A DNA stretch of 64,000 nucleotides from Candidatus Latescibacterota bacterium (GCA_965248435.1 OZ252100.1:2464001-2528000); one strand, 5' to 3'. Numbered from the stretch's first letter, positions 9,001 through 17,680 are shown. Translations and numbers: made by a program. Notes: generated by a model from the sequence alone, not told the origin.

Positions 9001-12000
9001 ACCCCGAAGTGATATTCCGTATCCTCAGTCAGGTCGGTCAGGGCGATGGAGCAAACGATCCCGCTCGTGGCCTCCTCGATGGTGCTCGTGTACTCGCCGG
9101 TGGCGCCAAACTCCGCGTCTGTTGCCCAGCTGATCCGACAGTCAGACAGCTCGTTCAGGAGCCATTTCACCCTGGCCGATTCCGAGGTGATGTTCCGGAC
9201 GACCGGGCCTTTCACGATCACCGGGGCCTCGTCGTCAACATCGTCAGCCGCCCGTGTCGTGAACACCATCAGGGCGTGTTCACTCAGGCTCGTGTTGCCG
9301 AACGGATCGGTCATCCGGACCTTGAAGCGGTAAGTCGTTCCAGGCTCCAGATTGCCCACGCTCACGCCCCTTCTCTTCCGGAGCCTGGCGCCTTCCACGA
9401 CAATGGAATCGTCGTTGGCCTGTTTCGCGCCGCCGCCAATTGCCTCTTTATTGAGGATGACTTCCGCGGAGTGGACCTCGTTGGCTCTCCAAATGATGAT
9501 GACCGAGTTGTTGGTGATGCCGACGGGGATGGGATGTCCGAAGACCCGCGGCCCCTCGGCGTCTGGCTCTGTGCGTGTGACGAAGGAGAGTTGGCCCGTG
9601 TTCGTCGTGGGTCCGTTGCCTGCGAAGTCTGTCGCCTTGATCTTGTAGAAATATTCTGTGCCTGAAGTCAGACCCGTAAGGAAGAAGGTGTGTAGACGCC
9701 TGGGATCGGTCGTCGACTCCAGGATGCCCACCGTGCCTGTGTCGTCTTCATAGACATCGGGGGTCGTTGCATACTGGATGTCCATCGTGGTGGGCTCGTT
9801 CGCCTTCGCGAAGATTTTAGCCTCGGTGTCGCTGATAAACAGCACACCGGGCGGTCGCACGAATATCGGGGGAACGTCGTCCTCGACCGACGTGGTAACG
9901 ATCGTGAAAGGGGGTGAAACCACAGCGTTTCCGCTCACGTCTGCGGACCGGACCCTGACGTAGAGCGTGGTGTCGACCGGAAGGTTGGCCAGGGAGATCT
10001 GGTGGAGGCGCACTGCTTCGTCGACGGTGACCGAATCGATCCCCGCTTCATCTTCGTCCTCGTCTTCGTCCTGTAAAATAGCTTTGGTGAGTACGTCGAC
10101 GGTCAGCGCATCGATTGCGTCTTTGTCCAGACTGTAGAAGATGGCACTGTTGCTCCGCCTGCTGGTTCGCCATTGGACGTTGGCCCGGTCGAAGGAAGAA
10201 AACGAAGAAGGCCTTCCAAGGACTTCAAGGGGGCGGGTATCGACAGCATCCAACGTTCTGAAGCTGAGCACAGTCGATTCGAACGCGTTGTTGTTCAGGT
10301 CCGTTACCGTGACCCTGTAGAAAACCTCCTCGCCGGGGTTTAGACCAGAGACGACGACCTCGTGAGACTTGGTGGGGTCGGCCGGACCTGCAGCGGAGGT
10401 GTCCAGGGCGTCCGCGGCGGCCCCATAGGCGATCTGAGAGGTCGCGGCCTCATCCAGCTCGAATCCTATTCTAACTTCTGTTTGAGTTCTTCCAAGGAGT
10501 CCCGGGCCCTCCAGAATGCGCGGAGGCCGGGTGTCCTGATTCTTCGTGACGAAAAGGGCCGTAGTGGACGGGTAGAAATCGGATTCGCCCTGGGCGCTCA
10601 GCGATTTGGCCTGGAAGAAGTAACGCGTTCCGGGTGTGAGGCCTTCGATCACGAGCCGGAAGCGCGTCATCTCATCGACCAACTCTACGCTCCTGTCCAG
10701 GTTGTTGGGGTCTTCACTGTAAACGACCGTGACGATCCCGGGTTTGTCGAATTCGCCTGTAATCACCGCCCGGGTATCTGTAACGGCCTCGGCCGCGGGA
10801 CGCACAGTAGCCACCGGGACATCGGTGACCCAGGAGTCGATCACCAGGGTTACATCGGGGAAAATGGTTTCAGACGCGAGGACATCGGCGGGATCGGTGA
10901 AGGTGACCTCTGAGAAGGTGATCTGCGTCCCCCGGAACTGGTCTCGGGCCAAAAACCATATCGACCCGGCCAGCGCGTTCGCCGGAGGCACCTGGCTGGC
11001 GCTTTCGGGGACCGTCAGCCTCAGCCTGATCGTGGTTTGATCCACGTTTTCAATCGCAGTGCCCCGTCGGTTGACGACCAGGCGGACGTTGGGGGTAACG
11101 ACCTCTTCGGAACCGTCCTGGAAGGAGAATTTCACGCTGGTCAGCGTAATCGTGAAGGTGCGAAATTCGTCCTTGAGCAAAAGGTCCAGGGATCCGACCC
11201 GTTTCAAGACATTCAGCGGCTCGCCCTCATCGAATGCGGATACGGTCCCCTGGTCAAACACGATCTCTTTCGTGTTCAGCTGCCAGGATACAGGGTTGGG
11301 CGGAAAATCATAGCCCTGTCCCTTCTCGCCTGTGACATCTGCAAGCGCGAAACGCTTGTCGAGGGCGAACGTGAACGTCAGACCGACCGTATTGGAGAAC
11401 CCCGTTGCGTCCAGTCCTATGCGGACGGTCTGGCCGCCGCCGCCCCTGGCTTCCACTTCTTTCGTAGCAGAAGGCAGAAAGCTTACCGATGCGCGACTTT
11501 CATCGGAAACGGGGGCCGCTGGAAGTTCTGGAACTACGACCCGGAAAGGGGCCCGGGGGAAAAACAGGGTGTACCCTCCCAGGATCTGTTCGCGGTCCAA
11601 CTGCGCCTGAATCTCAATCTCGGTCGCCTCGGTAATCCCTCCGAGAAAGATGTGCGCCCCGATCCTCGCACCCGGGTTCACCCTGCGCTGGTGCACGCTG
11701 TCGTTTATCAGAGAACCCCTCTTCAGGTCCGCGTCAAACGCCTTGGGGATATTCCCAGGACTGAAGATTACAAACGGGATGTTGAGAGGAATCGTCGTTT
11801 CCGAGCCGTCCTGAAAACTCAGGACGACGTCGTTCAGGGACACCGCGAGGGAGGTGAAGGCGGACAAACGGAGATGCACTAATCCGGCAAGCTTTAGCGC
11901 CCCGGTGTTATCCTCGTCGAACACACTTTCGGTGCTCTCATTGAATGTGAAGTTCTCAGAGCCATCCCAGGTAACGGGGTTTGGCGGGGAGTCGTAGCCG

Positions 12001-12284
12001 AGTTGTCTTTCGCCGGTTATCTCAGTGACAGCCCCGGCATCGCTCATCGTAAAGTTCGCCGTGAGCCCTACCGTATTGGAAAGGCCAGTCGCAAAGATCT
12101 CGAACGTCACATTGTCGCCGGCGTTCGCGACGATCGACCTCGTCTGGGATTGCGCCCCGTCTCCCTGGAGCTGGATGTCTGCGTCCGCATCTGGATCCTG
12201 AGCAAGTGAGCTACCGCACGTAACTCCGAACAGGGAAACAGATACGACAAAAGTGGCCAACCTGAGCCTGGAGATGAATTTCAT
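6093..12284 (-). CDS. Large secreted protein with many FN3-like repeats, a dockerin-like EF-hand pair, a cohesin-like domain and a FlgD/T9SS-type C-terminal domain
   Basis: Signal peptide MKFISRLR...SSLAQ; repeated W.TDE.S...H.V.LT.L...T.Y.Y motifs; GDLDGDFKVGFFDFL and ADLTGDGAVGFFDFL; NFPNPFNPETTI...SGIY...KMLLLK. Confidence 0.9.
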   Translation of the reverse strand: MKFISRLRLATFVVSVSLFGVTCGSSLAQDPDADADIQLQGDGAQSQTRSIVANAGDNVTFEIFATGLSNTVGLTANFTMSDAGAVTEITGERQLGYDSPPNPVTWDGSENFTFNESTESVFDEDNTGALKLAGLVHLRLSAFTSLAVSLNDVVLSFQDGSETTIPLNIPFVIFSPGNIPKAFDADLKRGSLINDSVHQRRVNPGARIGAHIFLGGITEATEIEIQAQLDREQILGGYTLFFPRAPFRVVVPELPAAPVSDESRASVSFLPSATKEVEARGGGGQTVRIGLDATGFSNTVGLTFTFALDKRFALADVTGEKGQGYDFPPNPVSWQLNTKEIVFDQGTVSAFDEGEPLNVLKRVGSLDLLLKDEFRTFTITLTSVKFSFQDGSEEVVTPNVRLVVNRRGTAIENVDQTTIRLRLTVPESASQVPPANALAGSIWFLARDQFRGTQITFSEVTFTDPADVLASETIFPDVTLVIDSWVTDVPVATVRPAAEAVTDTRAVITGEFDKPGIVTVVYSEDPNNLDRSVELVDEMTRFRLVIEGLTPGTRYFFQAKSLSAQGESDFYPSTTALFVTKNQDTRPPRILEGPGLLGRTQTEVRIGFELDEAATSQIAYGAAADALDTSAAGPADPTKSHEVVVSGLNPGEEVFYRVTVTDLNNNAFESTVLSFRTLDAVDTRPLEVLGRPSSFSSFDRANVQWRTSRRSNSAIFYSLDKDAIDALTVDVLTKAILQDEDEDEDEAGIDSVTVDEAVRLHQISLANLPVDTTLYVRVRSADVSGNAVVSPPFTIVTTSVEDDVPPIFVRPPGVLFISDTEAKIFAKANEPTTMDIQYATTPDVYEDDTGTVGILESTTDPRRLHTFFLTGLTSGTEYFYKIKATDFAGNGPTTNTGQLSFVTRTEPDAEGPRVFGHPIPVGITNNSVIIIWRANEVHSAEVILNKEAIGGGAKQANDDSIVVEGARLRKRRGVSVGNLEPGTTYRFKVRMTDPFGNTSLSEHALMVFTTRAADDVDDEAPVIVKGPVVRNITSESARVKWLLNELSDCRISWATDAEFGATGEYTSTIEEATSGIVCSIALTDLTEDTEYHFGVESADNVGNVVKTDPAGGILGLSFDHTFRTRPAAAAVAPSIIEGPVVDIKDDFVIIRFRTDQDATSLAEVGALPASKLALQGDVPVFGEASQIVVENTDELATDHSVEVTGLTPGQQYVFQVTSTNAAGLEVTSTDPLTKLQVPGGFGSFTTDTDPDTQFPVITAAPKVVASTTSSLTIEWGTDENSNSQLSFGDSEDDLGDSEISGDNVTTHRVVLTKLTAGTTYAYQAGATDVSGNGATLSKVAFGSTPSDIDISAPVISVDASVIYKNDRQATIGWETSEAADAEVAFGTSEESLDQIRNDPDFNTAHTITLTNLDADQLYYYRVSSKDQSNNGPVSSDILSFQTDADPDVTSPVISNVVATPGDSTATITWDTDEVSDSAVLFGAAGGSLDFNVGDASDVTSHVLILTNLTPDTDYSFQVESVDRAGNPPSEGTVTAFKTFAAGAVPAPDPPDQPTATEGSGIVSLAWEASASSGVVGYIVEREAGDGSFSPIATLGVATSYVDNNVDNDVSYSYQIRSLAAQQLSGDPSLASDVVTPAVDKGLDTPTLALIQGDPLSPTIVINNSSGSGLSYTFHLASSSDYSDALSLEAGLSAGAGTGSGDPAGVTAWTVDRTLEDGTTYYYRVKAGDGTFESAFLEGQITVDATAAEFPGDLDGDFKVGFFDFLGFVGAFEKSPGDSGFDLAADLTGDGAVGFFDFLALIGLFDKQYVKGESGTKPVAVVKTYGIDVDTKLQLVRRPSSSTQSKEFIADITVSNTHNLKGYGVTVKYDPDHLKFISATDGGQGILKQDGRLAEIFGVLRHVSEEGEVLVASAMTQGSPVAGDGIAARLHFEILDGNPRGGLIEIVEGLLIDDKLGVNAAQNLGARLSLVPDEFALEPNFPNPFNPETTIQYAVPEAGRVSIRVYNILGQEVATLVDEDHLAGYYVLRWGGLDAQNRPVASGIYLTRMAAEGFQQIHKMLLLK

Positions 12285-12434
12285 AGCGATGTGGCCAGGA
12301 GAGTCCATCGGTTCACTCCGTGAAACGTTGACCATCAATTTCTGGCATTGTAATCACTTCTCTGACAATATACACGATGTCTTGTCTTCACGAACCCAAT
12401 TTAGGTAACCCCATTCAACCGTTCAGTCGATCGA

Positions 12435-12468
12435 AAATGAAAGCCCTGGAGGATAGTCCTCCAGGGCT
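12435..12468 (-). terminator. Intrinsic terminator
   Basis: AGCCCTGGAGGA / TCCTCCAGGGCT perfect stem with a T-rich tail on the minus strand, downstream of the 12538 stop. Confidence 0.75.
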
Positions 12469-12537
12469 ACGGTGTTCCTGATCTAGGGACGAATTACCAG
12501 CCGATAATGCTCTCTTTTCTCCGGGATTACCGCCCCC

Positions 12538-13680
12538 CTACTGTCCTTTCTGCTGTGTTTTCTGCTGTGCTGCTCTCTCCTTTTTCTCCTTTAATGCTTT
12601 GTCCTTTGCTGCTTTGTCCTTTGCTGCTTTCTGCTGTGCCCCTTTCTTCTGTGCTTCCTTTGCCGCTTTCTCCTTTAATGCTTTCTGCTGTTCCACTTTC
12701 TTCATAAATTCTTTTCGCGATTTTGCATCCTCCTTCTTTACTTTCTCCTTCGCTGCTTTCTCCTTCACTGCTTTCTGCTGTGCAGGACCGCGCGAAGGTG
12801 GACCTACCTGTTTGGTCTTGCCCTCCGGCGATGCACCCTTTTTCGCCTGACCGCCCAGCCCCATACCCGGCGTGCTCAGACCCGGAGGCTGCCCGGGACG
12901 CTGACCGCCTGGCTGCTGTGCCTTAGGGCTTCTCAGACCTCCCTGCGATGAACCTTCCTTCTTGGTCTTACCATCCTGCGGTGCACCCTTTGTTGACTGA
13001 CCGCCCTGCTCCATACCGGGCGGTCCCAGACCAGACTGCGGACCGGGACGCTGCCTGCCGCCCGGCTGCTGCGCCTTCGGTTGCCCCAGACCTCGCTGCG
13101 ATGAACCTTCCTTCTTGGTCTTACCATCCTGCGGTGCACCCTTTGTCGATTGACCCCCCTTCATCATGCCAGAAGGTTCCATCCCTGGCGGACCGGGACG
13201 CTGCTTGCCGCCTGGCTGATTTGCTCTCGGCGGTCCAAGACCGGTCTGCGGGGGACCGCCCCCCTTGGTCATTCCGCCTTGCGCCCCGCCCGGCTTCGTC
13301 GGACCGCCCAGCCCCATACTTGGCGGGCCCACGCCAGACTGCTGCATGGGATGCTGCCTACCAGAACGCGGTTGTGAACCTGCCGTGCCCTGTATACCGG
13401 GGTGTTGCTGTGAAGGCCCAACGTTCGGACCTCCCCAGGCCTTCGCCAATTCCTGCTTCATCTTCACTTGCATCTGCGGTGGAAGCTGACTCATGAGTTT
13501 GACCATCTGACGGTTGAGGTCAATGATCTTATCCACGATCTGGTTTTCGGGGCCCTGCTGCGGTGCCTCCTTTGAGGATGATGCCTTCTCTCCCTTCTTC
13601 TTGATCTGCGCGTCCGCCGTTGCAGCGAAAAAGAGACACGCCGCCACCAACGCGATCCAACTAAACCGACACTGGGACAT
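12538..13680 (-). CDS. Secreted low-complexity Gly/Pro/Gln/Lys-rich protein with internal repeats
   Basis: AGGAGG RBS; signal peptide MSQCRFSWIALVAACLFFAATADA; about 50-aa internal repeats; KAAKEK-rich tail. Confidence 0.75.
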   Translation of the reverse strand: MSQCRFSWIALVAACLFFAATADAQIKKKGEKASSSKEAPQQGPENQIVDKIIDLNRQMVKLMSQLPPQMQVKMKQELAKAWGGPNVGPSQQHPGIQGTAGSQPRSGRQHPMQQSGVGPPSMGLGGPTKPGGAQGGMTKGGGPPQTGLGPPRANQPGGKQRPGPPGMEPSGMMKGGQSTKGAPQDGKTKKEGSSQRGLGQPKAQQPGGRQRPGPQSGLGPPGMEQGGQSTKGAPQDGKTKKEGSSQGGLRSPKAQQPGGQRPGQPPGLSTPGMGLGGQAKKGASPEGKTKQVGPPSRGPAQQKAVKEKAAKEKVKKEDAKSRKEFMKKVEQQKALKEKAAKEAQKKGAQQKAAKDKAAKDKALKEKKERAAQQKTQQKGQ

Positions 13681-13719
13681 CGCGATTCCTCCTTTCAGAC
13701 GAGATACGAAATACGAGAT

Positions 13720-14143
13720 GCTGGATTCAATGACTAAGTGCAACACTTGGACTTGAAGACTTCAGCTGGTGTTTTGAAGTTAAGACATTTTCTTGGTCGG
13801 TTGTTGATCCGGTTCTGAATTTTCTTTAACTCGTGTTTGCTGACCTTTGAGAAGTCTGTCTTCTTGGGGAGGTATCTGCGGACCAGACCGATAGCGTTTT
13901 CCACAGCGCCTCGCCTCCCAGCTGTGGAACGGTTTGCAGAAATAGGATTTGGTGCCAAGCACCTCGTTGACCCGTTGATGTTGGCCGTTTTTGGATCCGT
14001 TGTCATATGTGATGCTCTTCCTCATGTGGGGAGGATGTCGCCCAAGGCGTCGATTAATCGCTTCGGCGACCTCCGAGGGTCCGTTCTTTGCCAGCTTAGG
14101 ACAGTTGCTACCCTAAGTGTTGCACTTCCTTATTGAACTCGGG
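13720..14143 (-). mobile_element. Internally deleted IS30-family element (424 bp, both IRs, 3-bp TSD GAT)
   Basis: Near-identical to both ends of 19336-20390 and lacks 19715-20346; GAT at 13717-13719 and 14144-14146. Confidence 0.95.
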
Positions 14144-14157
14144 GATACGTTTTGTCC

Positions 14158-14691
14158 TTAAGCCGAATCATCCTCCTCCGGCGCCCCATCCTCCCCACTT
14201 CCTTCCTCTACCTCCTCATCTGGCTCCCCACCGCGTATCGTATCCGCATAGTTCTCGATCTGTAAGTTCGCGCCTATCATTCGTTTACACATCAGGTCCA
14301 GCACGTTCTGCATCACCTTCCGGTGCAGCTCCCAGTCCTCCGCGAACAGACGCGCCAGATCCATCTTGTCGATCACCAGCGCCGTCGTCTGGACCGTCGC
14401 CGTCACGTTCGCGGATCGGGGCTGTCCGGAGAACAGCCCCATCTCTCCGCTCGACATCCCCTGTGTGATACTCCCCAGGACATCCCCGGTCTTGGTCGTG
14501 ACAATCAGCTGACCTTTCAGAAGCGTCACCATACTATCGCTCGGCTCCCCCACCCGATAGATGGGCTGGTCGGGCTCGTAGGTGTGCATATGGCAAATGT
14601 TTAAGATATGCTTGACCTGCTCCAGATCCAGCCCCTTGAAGATGTCGATCTTCTCGATCGTCTGCTGTATGCGGTATTGATCCTGGTTCAC
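14158..14691 (-). CDS. Cyclic nucleotide-binding domain protein with acidic tail
   Basis: IDIFKGL, GEMGLFSGQPRSANVTA; no C-terminal HTH visible. Confidence 0.85.
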   Translation of the reverse strand: MNQDQYRIQQTIEKIDIFKGLDLEQVKHILNICHMHTYEPDQPIYRVGEPSDSMVTLLKGQLIVTTKTGDVLGSITQGMSSGEMGLFSGQPRSANVTATVQTTALVIDKMDLARLFAEDWELHRKVMQNVLDLMCKRMIGANLQIENYADTIRGGEPDEEVEEGSGEDGAPEEDDSA

Positions 14692-15242
14692 GAAGCGTCC
14701 CTCGATTCATCCACTTCCGATTCCGTGGATTCCACAGACTCGGATTCAACCTCCTGGTCCTCCTCATCCGCTTCAGACGCTTCGCCCTCTTCATTGAATC
14801 GCGTCTCGATCTGCACGTTGGCCTTGACGAGCCGCTCACTCAACAGATCGACCACGTTTTCGAGGACCTTCTTATGAAGCTTCCAGTCCGCTTCGACCAC
14901 GCCCATCAAATCCGATCTCTGGATCACCAGCACCGTCGTCTGGACTGTCGCGGTTACATTCGCCGACCTCGGCCTCTGGGTAAACAGGCCCACCTCTCCG
15001 CTCGACATCCCTGTCGTGATGCTTCCAAGCATACCACCCGTCCCGCTCGTGACGATCAGGTGGCCCTTGATGACCGTCAGCATGCTGTCGCTCGGGTCCC
15101 CGAACGCGTAGATCTGCTGTCCCGGTTCACGCGTGTCCATGCTGGACACCCTCAGGATCCTCTGTACCTCCTCCAGCTCGAGTCCCCTGAAGATATCGAT
15201 CTTTTGAATCGTCTGAAGCACGCGGTATTGCTGCTCGTCCAC
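14688..15242 (-). CDS. Cyclic nucleotide-binding domain protein with acidic tail (tandem paralog)
   Basis: IDIFRGL, GEVGLFTQRPRSANVTA; highly similar to 14158-14691. Confidence 0.85.
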   Translation of the reverse strand: MDEQQYRVLQTIQKIDIFRGLELEEVQRILRVSSMDTREPGQQIYAFGDPSDSMLTVIKGHLIVTSGTGGMLGSITTGMSSGEVGLFTQRPRSANVTATVQTTVLVIQRSDLMGVVEADWKLHKKVLENVVDLLSERLVKANVQIETRFNEEGEASEADEEDQEVESESVESTESEVDESRDAS

Positions 15243-15573
15243 GGTAACCTCAATTCTTTCCCGACGTCAGCCTCTCTGATGCACAGTTCCCCGACACGAG
15301 CAAACCAGGCTCACCAAAATCCCCTCCCGGGTCGGGGCGGGTCACAATGGAGTTTCTACTCATCGCAGCCACCCCTACATCCCCCGAAGGAATGGGCTTT
15401 ATTATTCCACCAAACGTCTCTCCGGGATGCCCCGGCAAAGCCGAGGCCTGCCCCGCCTGCCCCTGCGTGATTCAAGCAGGGGGTATGAATTAAGCCGGGG
15501 CGGGGCCTGCAAGGTTTAAGCAGGGGTGGTCAAAATCGCGAATTCAATCATCCGGAGCTGGAGCGCAGCCGGT

Positions 15574-15930
15574 TTACGTCCCAACGAGCGCCTCCACCGT
15601 CTCAAGGATCTCCTCCCTCGCAAACGGTTTTTCGATCGCGCGAAACGCGCCCAGGTCCTTGGCCATGCTCATGTATTCAACACCACTGCCCGAAACCACC
15701 AAGATCCTGATCGACGGAAACTCTCTTTTGAGTTCTCGAATGACCTCTATGCCTTCCTTCTCCGGCATGAAGATATCCAGGATGACGAGATCGGTCGGGT
15801 TCATCCGGTAGCGCGTTACGCCGTCTACGCCATTCGGCGCCTCCGTCACCACGTGCCCGGCCGGCTCCAGAATCGCCTTCAGGACATCCCTTGTCGGTTC
15901 GTCATCATCGATCACCAGGATGGAAGCCAT
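15574..15930 (-). CDS. Stand-alone response regulator receiver (CheY-like)
   Basis: ILVIDDD, LDIFMPEKEG, SG and KPF motifs. Confidence 0.9.
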   Translation of the reverse strand: MASILVIDDDEPTRDVLKAILEPAGHVVTEAPNGVDGVTRYRMNPTDLVILDIFMPEKEGIEVIRELKREFPSIRILVVSGSGVEYMSMAKDLGAFRAIEKPFAREEILETVEALVGT

Positions 15931-15992
15931 CCAAAATCTCCTTCACAAAGGCGGATTGTGACAGCAGCGGTCTGCGGTCAACCACGGGTTCT

Positions 15993-16283
15993 TTAAAGAG
16001 ACCCGATAATCGACCTGTACTCCTCTTCTGAGAATGCCTTCAGCGTCTCCGTCCTCACGCTTCCTTTGGAGGCAAGAGCGAGCGCAAGCTTGGCGATCGT
16101 CTCGTCGTCAGGCGCCTCGGCAATGGCGACCATATCGTGGCTGCCGAAGGTCATATAGAAGGGCCCCAACTTCGCGCCAGCTTCCTCGAACGAATGCCTC
16201 GCCTCATCCAGTCTGTTCGGACTCTCCCTGATGTCCTCGATTCCGTCCTCAGTCCAATTCAGCAAAATGACGTAGGTAGCCAT
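15993..16283 (-). CDS. GYD domain protein
   Basis: MATYVILLNWT..G...YMTFGSHD...RTETLKAF pattern. Confidence 0.85.
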   Translation of the reverse strand: MATYVILLNWTEDGIEDIRESPNRLDEARHSFEEAGAKLGPFYMTFGSHDMVAIAEAPDDETIAKLALALASKGSVRTETLKAFSEEEYRSIIGSL

Positions 16284-16338
16284 GGCGTACCTCCTCTAGG
16301 ATTCTACGGCCTGCTAGCCAGCAGACACTGGTTTACCT

Positions 16339-16767
16339 CTAAGCTTCCCTTCCCGCGAGTCTTCGCATCCAGATCCAATGCGTCGCGAAAAGAACGACGC
16401 ACGCGATGATCAGCAACCCCCGCGTCGTCAGATCTCGAAGCGCGTGAAACCGGACGGTTTCGACGCGATTGGCCCTGGTCGCCTCGTACATCTTCCTCAA
16501 GGTCTCGTCGTCCGGAACATAACCTGGATCGGCGGCATCCGGGCCCTTCGGAGATCTGAGAACGCTCATCCTGTAGCCTTCGTAGGAAGACAGATCCACC
16601 GGACCGTGAAAACGCTCAACTGGACCGTAGCGGGCGCCGCCAGTGAGCGGAGCGCTCAGGCTGAACACGGCATCCACGAGGCTGCTTAGGGAAACCAGAA
16701 AGGTGACGACCGTGACCAGGCAGACTGCGTAGCCGTAGATCTGAGCCACTTTGTTTTGTTTTTCCAC
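16339..16767 (-). CDS. Hypothetical two-TM membrane protein
   Basis: GGAGG RBS then GTG; N- and C-terminal hydrophobic helices (YGYAVCLV...; LFATHW). Confidence 0.7.
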   Translation of the reverse strand: MEKQNKVAQIYGYAVCLVTVVTFLVSLSSLVDAVFSLSAPLTGGARYGPVERFHGPVDLSSYEGYRMSVLRSPKGPDAADPGYVPDDETLRKMYEATRANRVETVRFHALRDLTTRGLLIIACVVLFATHWIWMRRLAGREA

Positions 16768-16805
16768 GTTCCTCCAGCAGGGAATTCAGTTCTGGTGCAC
16801 GGCGG

Positions 16806-16838
16806 AAAAACTAAAAGCCGCACCTCTCCAGATGCGGC
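16806..16838 (-). terminator. Intrinsic terminator located in the 5' region of the 16339-16767 gene
   Basis: GCCGCAUCU-GGAG-AGGUGCGGC followed by UUUUAGUUUUU, about 40 nt before the start codon. Confidence 0.75.
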
Positions 16839-16934
16839 ATTTGCTGTCCCTTCATAGGCGAAACATCAGAAGGTCCATGTACGCTTCCCTGGCAATCAAG
16901 CAAGGCGTGCGTGATCCCCGACAGAATTACCAAT

Positions 16935-16963
16935 ATGATGGGGACGTTTCTCTCCGATGTCAA
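16935..16963 (-). promoter_or_regulatory. Putative sigma70 promoter
   Basis: TTGACA(16963-16958)-17 nt-CATCAT(16940-16935). Confidence 0.5.
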
Positions 16964-17068
16964 AGAAAATCCTGCAGTGGAGCCGCCCCCTTTTTGGTGT
17001 ATATACGCCGACTTGGAGTCTCCGAAGGCGTCCACTTTAGCCACGGGTTTATGCTACTCCGGTCTTTG

Positions 17069-17106
17069 CGATCTACGATCCACGATTCACGATCCATTAT
17101 CCACGA
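17069..17106 (+). repeat. Heptamer tandem repeat (ACGATCC-type)
   Basis: CGATCTACGATCCACGATTCACGATCCATTATCCACGA next to the MerR stop; similar tract at 36443-36459. Confidence 0.7.
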
Positions 17107-17109
17107 ACT

Positions 17110-17601
17110 TTAGCTCCCAAACTGCTCCCCAACGCGTTCCTGAAGGTCATCGATCAACCCGTGCAGGTCCAGAGCGAACAATCCGCGTCTCGGACCCTTC
17201 CTCAGAAATTCCCTGCTCTGTCGGCGGTTCAGAAATCGCGCCCTGAACCGATTCCCCCTATCCCCAACGCGGACGAATACCATCAGCTCCCGATCTCCCA
17301 GGATCGCATCGTCGTGCACCTCGGCGACCAGAAGCCTTAGGAACCGGGGGGCGACGCCGAACGCCTCGAGCTGTAGCGCGATCGACATGCGGAGCAGGTC
17401 GAGAAAGCTGAACCCCCGCTCCCGGCCTCGACCCCCGCTGTCCAGAGAAGGATCGATGATCCCCTGCTCCACATACAGGCTCACCTTCCGCCGTGAGATC
17501 TTCAGAATCGCCGAGGCATCGCCAGACGAGAACAACCCAAAGGTTGAAAGGCCCGTCTCCGCCTCGATGCGTCCCTTGCCCCGCTTACCATTGAGTCGCA
17601 T
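17110..17601 (-). CDS. MerR-family HTH regulator (start uncertain)
   Basis: FSSGDASAILKISRRKVSLYVEQGIIDPS...R.FSFLDL motif. Confidence 0.75.
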   Translation of the reverse strand: MRLNGKRGKGRIEAETGLSTFGLFSSGDASAILKISRRKVSLYVEQGIIDPSLDSGGRGRERGFSFLDLLRMSIALQLEAFGVAPRFLRLLVAEVHDDAILGDRELMVFVRVGDRGNRFRARFLNRRQSREFLRKGPRRGLFALDLHGLIDDLQERVGEQFGS

Positions 17602-17613
17602 CGGATATATTTC

Positions 17614-17680
17614 CGTATTTACGAGTTTAATAAACGTATTTACGGTTTATAATTTAGCCCCGTCATCGAGCCGTTGTCAA
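17614..17680 (-). promoter_or_regulatory. Promoter and candidate operator upstream of the MerR gene
   Basis: TTGACA-18 nt-TAAATT; CGTATTTACG repeated twice 21 bp apart. Confidence 0.45.

Noticed and set aside
7263-11882. Long plus-strand ORFs (328, 433 and 281 aa)
   Set aside because: These are antisense shadows of the large FN3 gene in high-GC DNA, with no recognisable motifs
13734-14025. Short ORFs as independent genes
   Set aside because: They are frameshifted fragments of the IS30 transposase inside the deleted element
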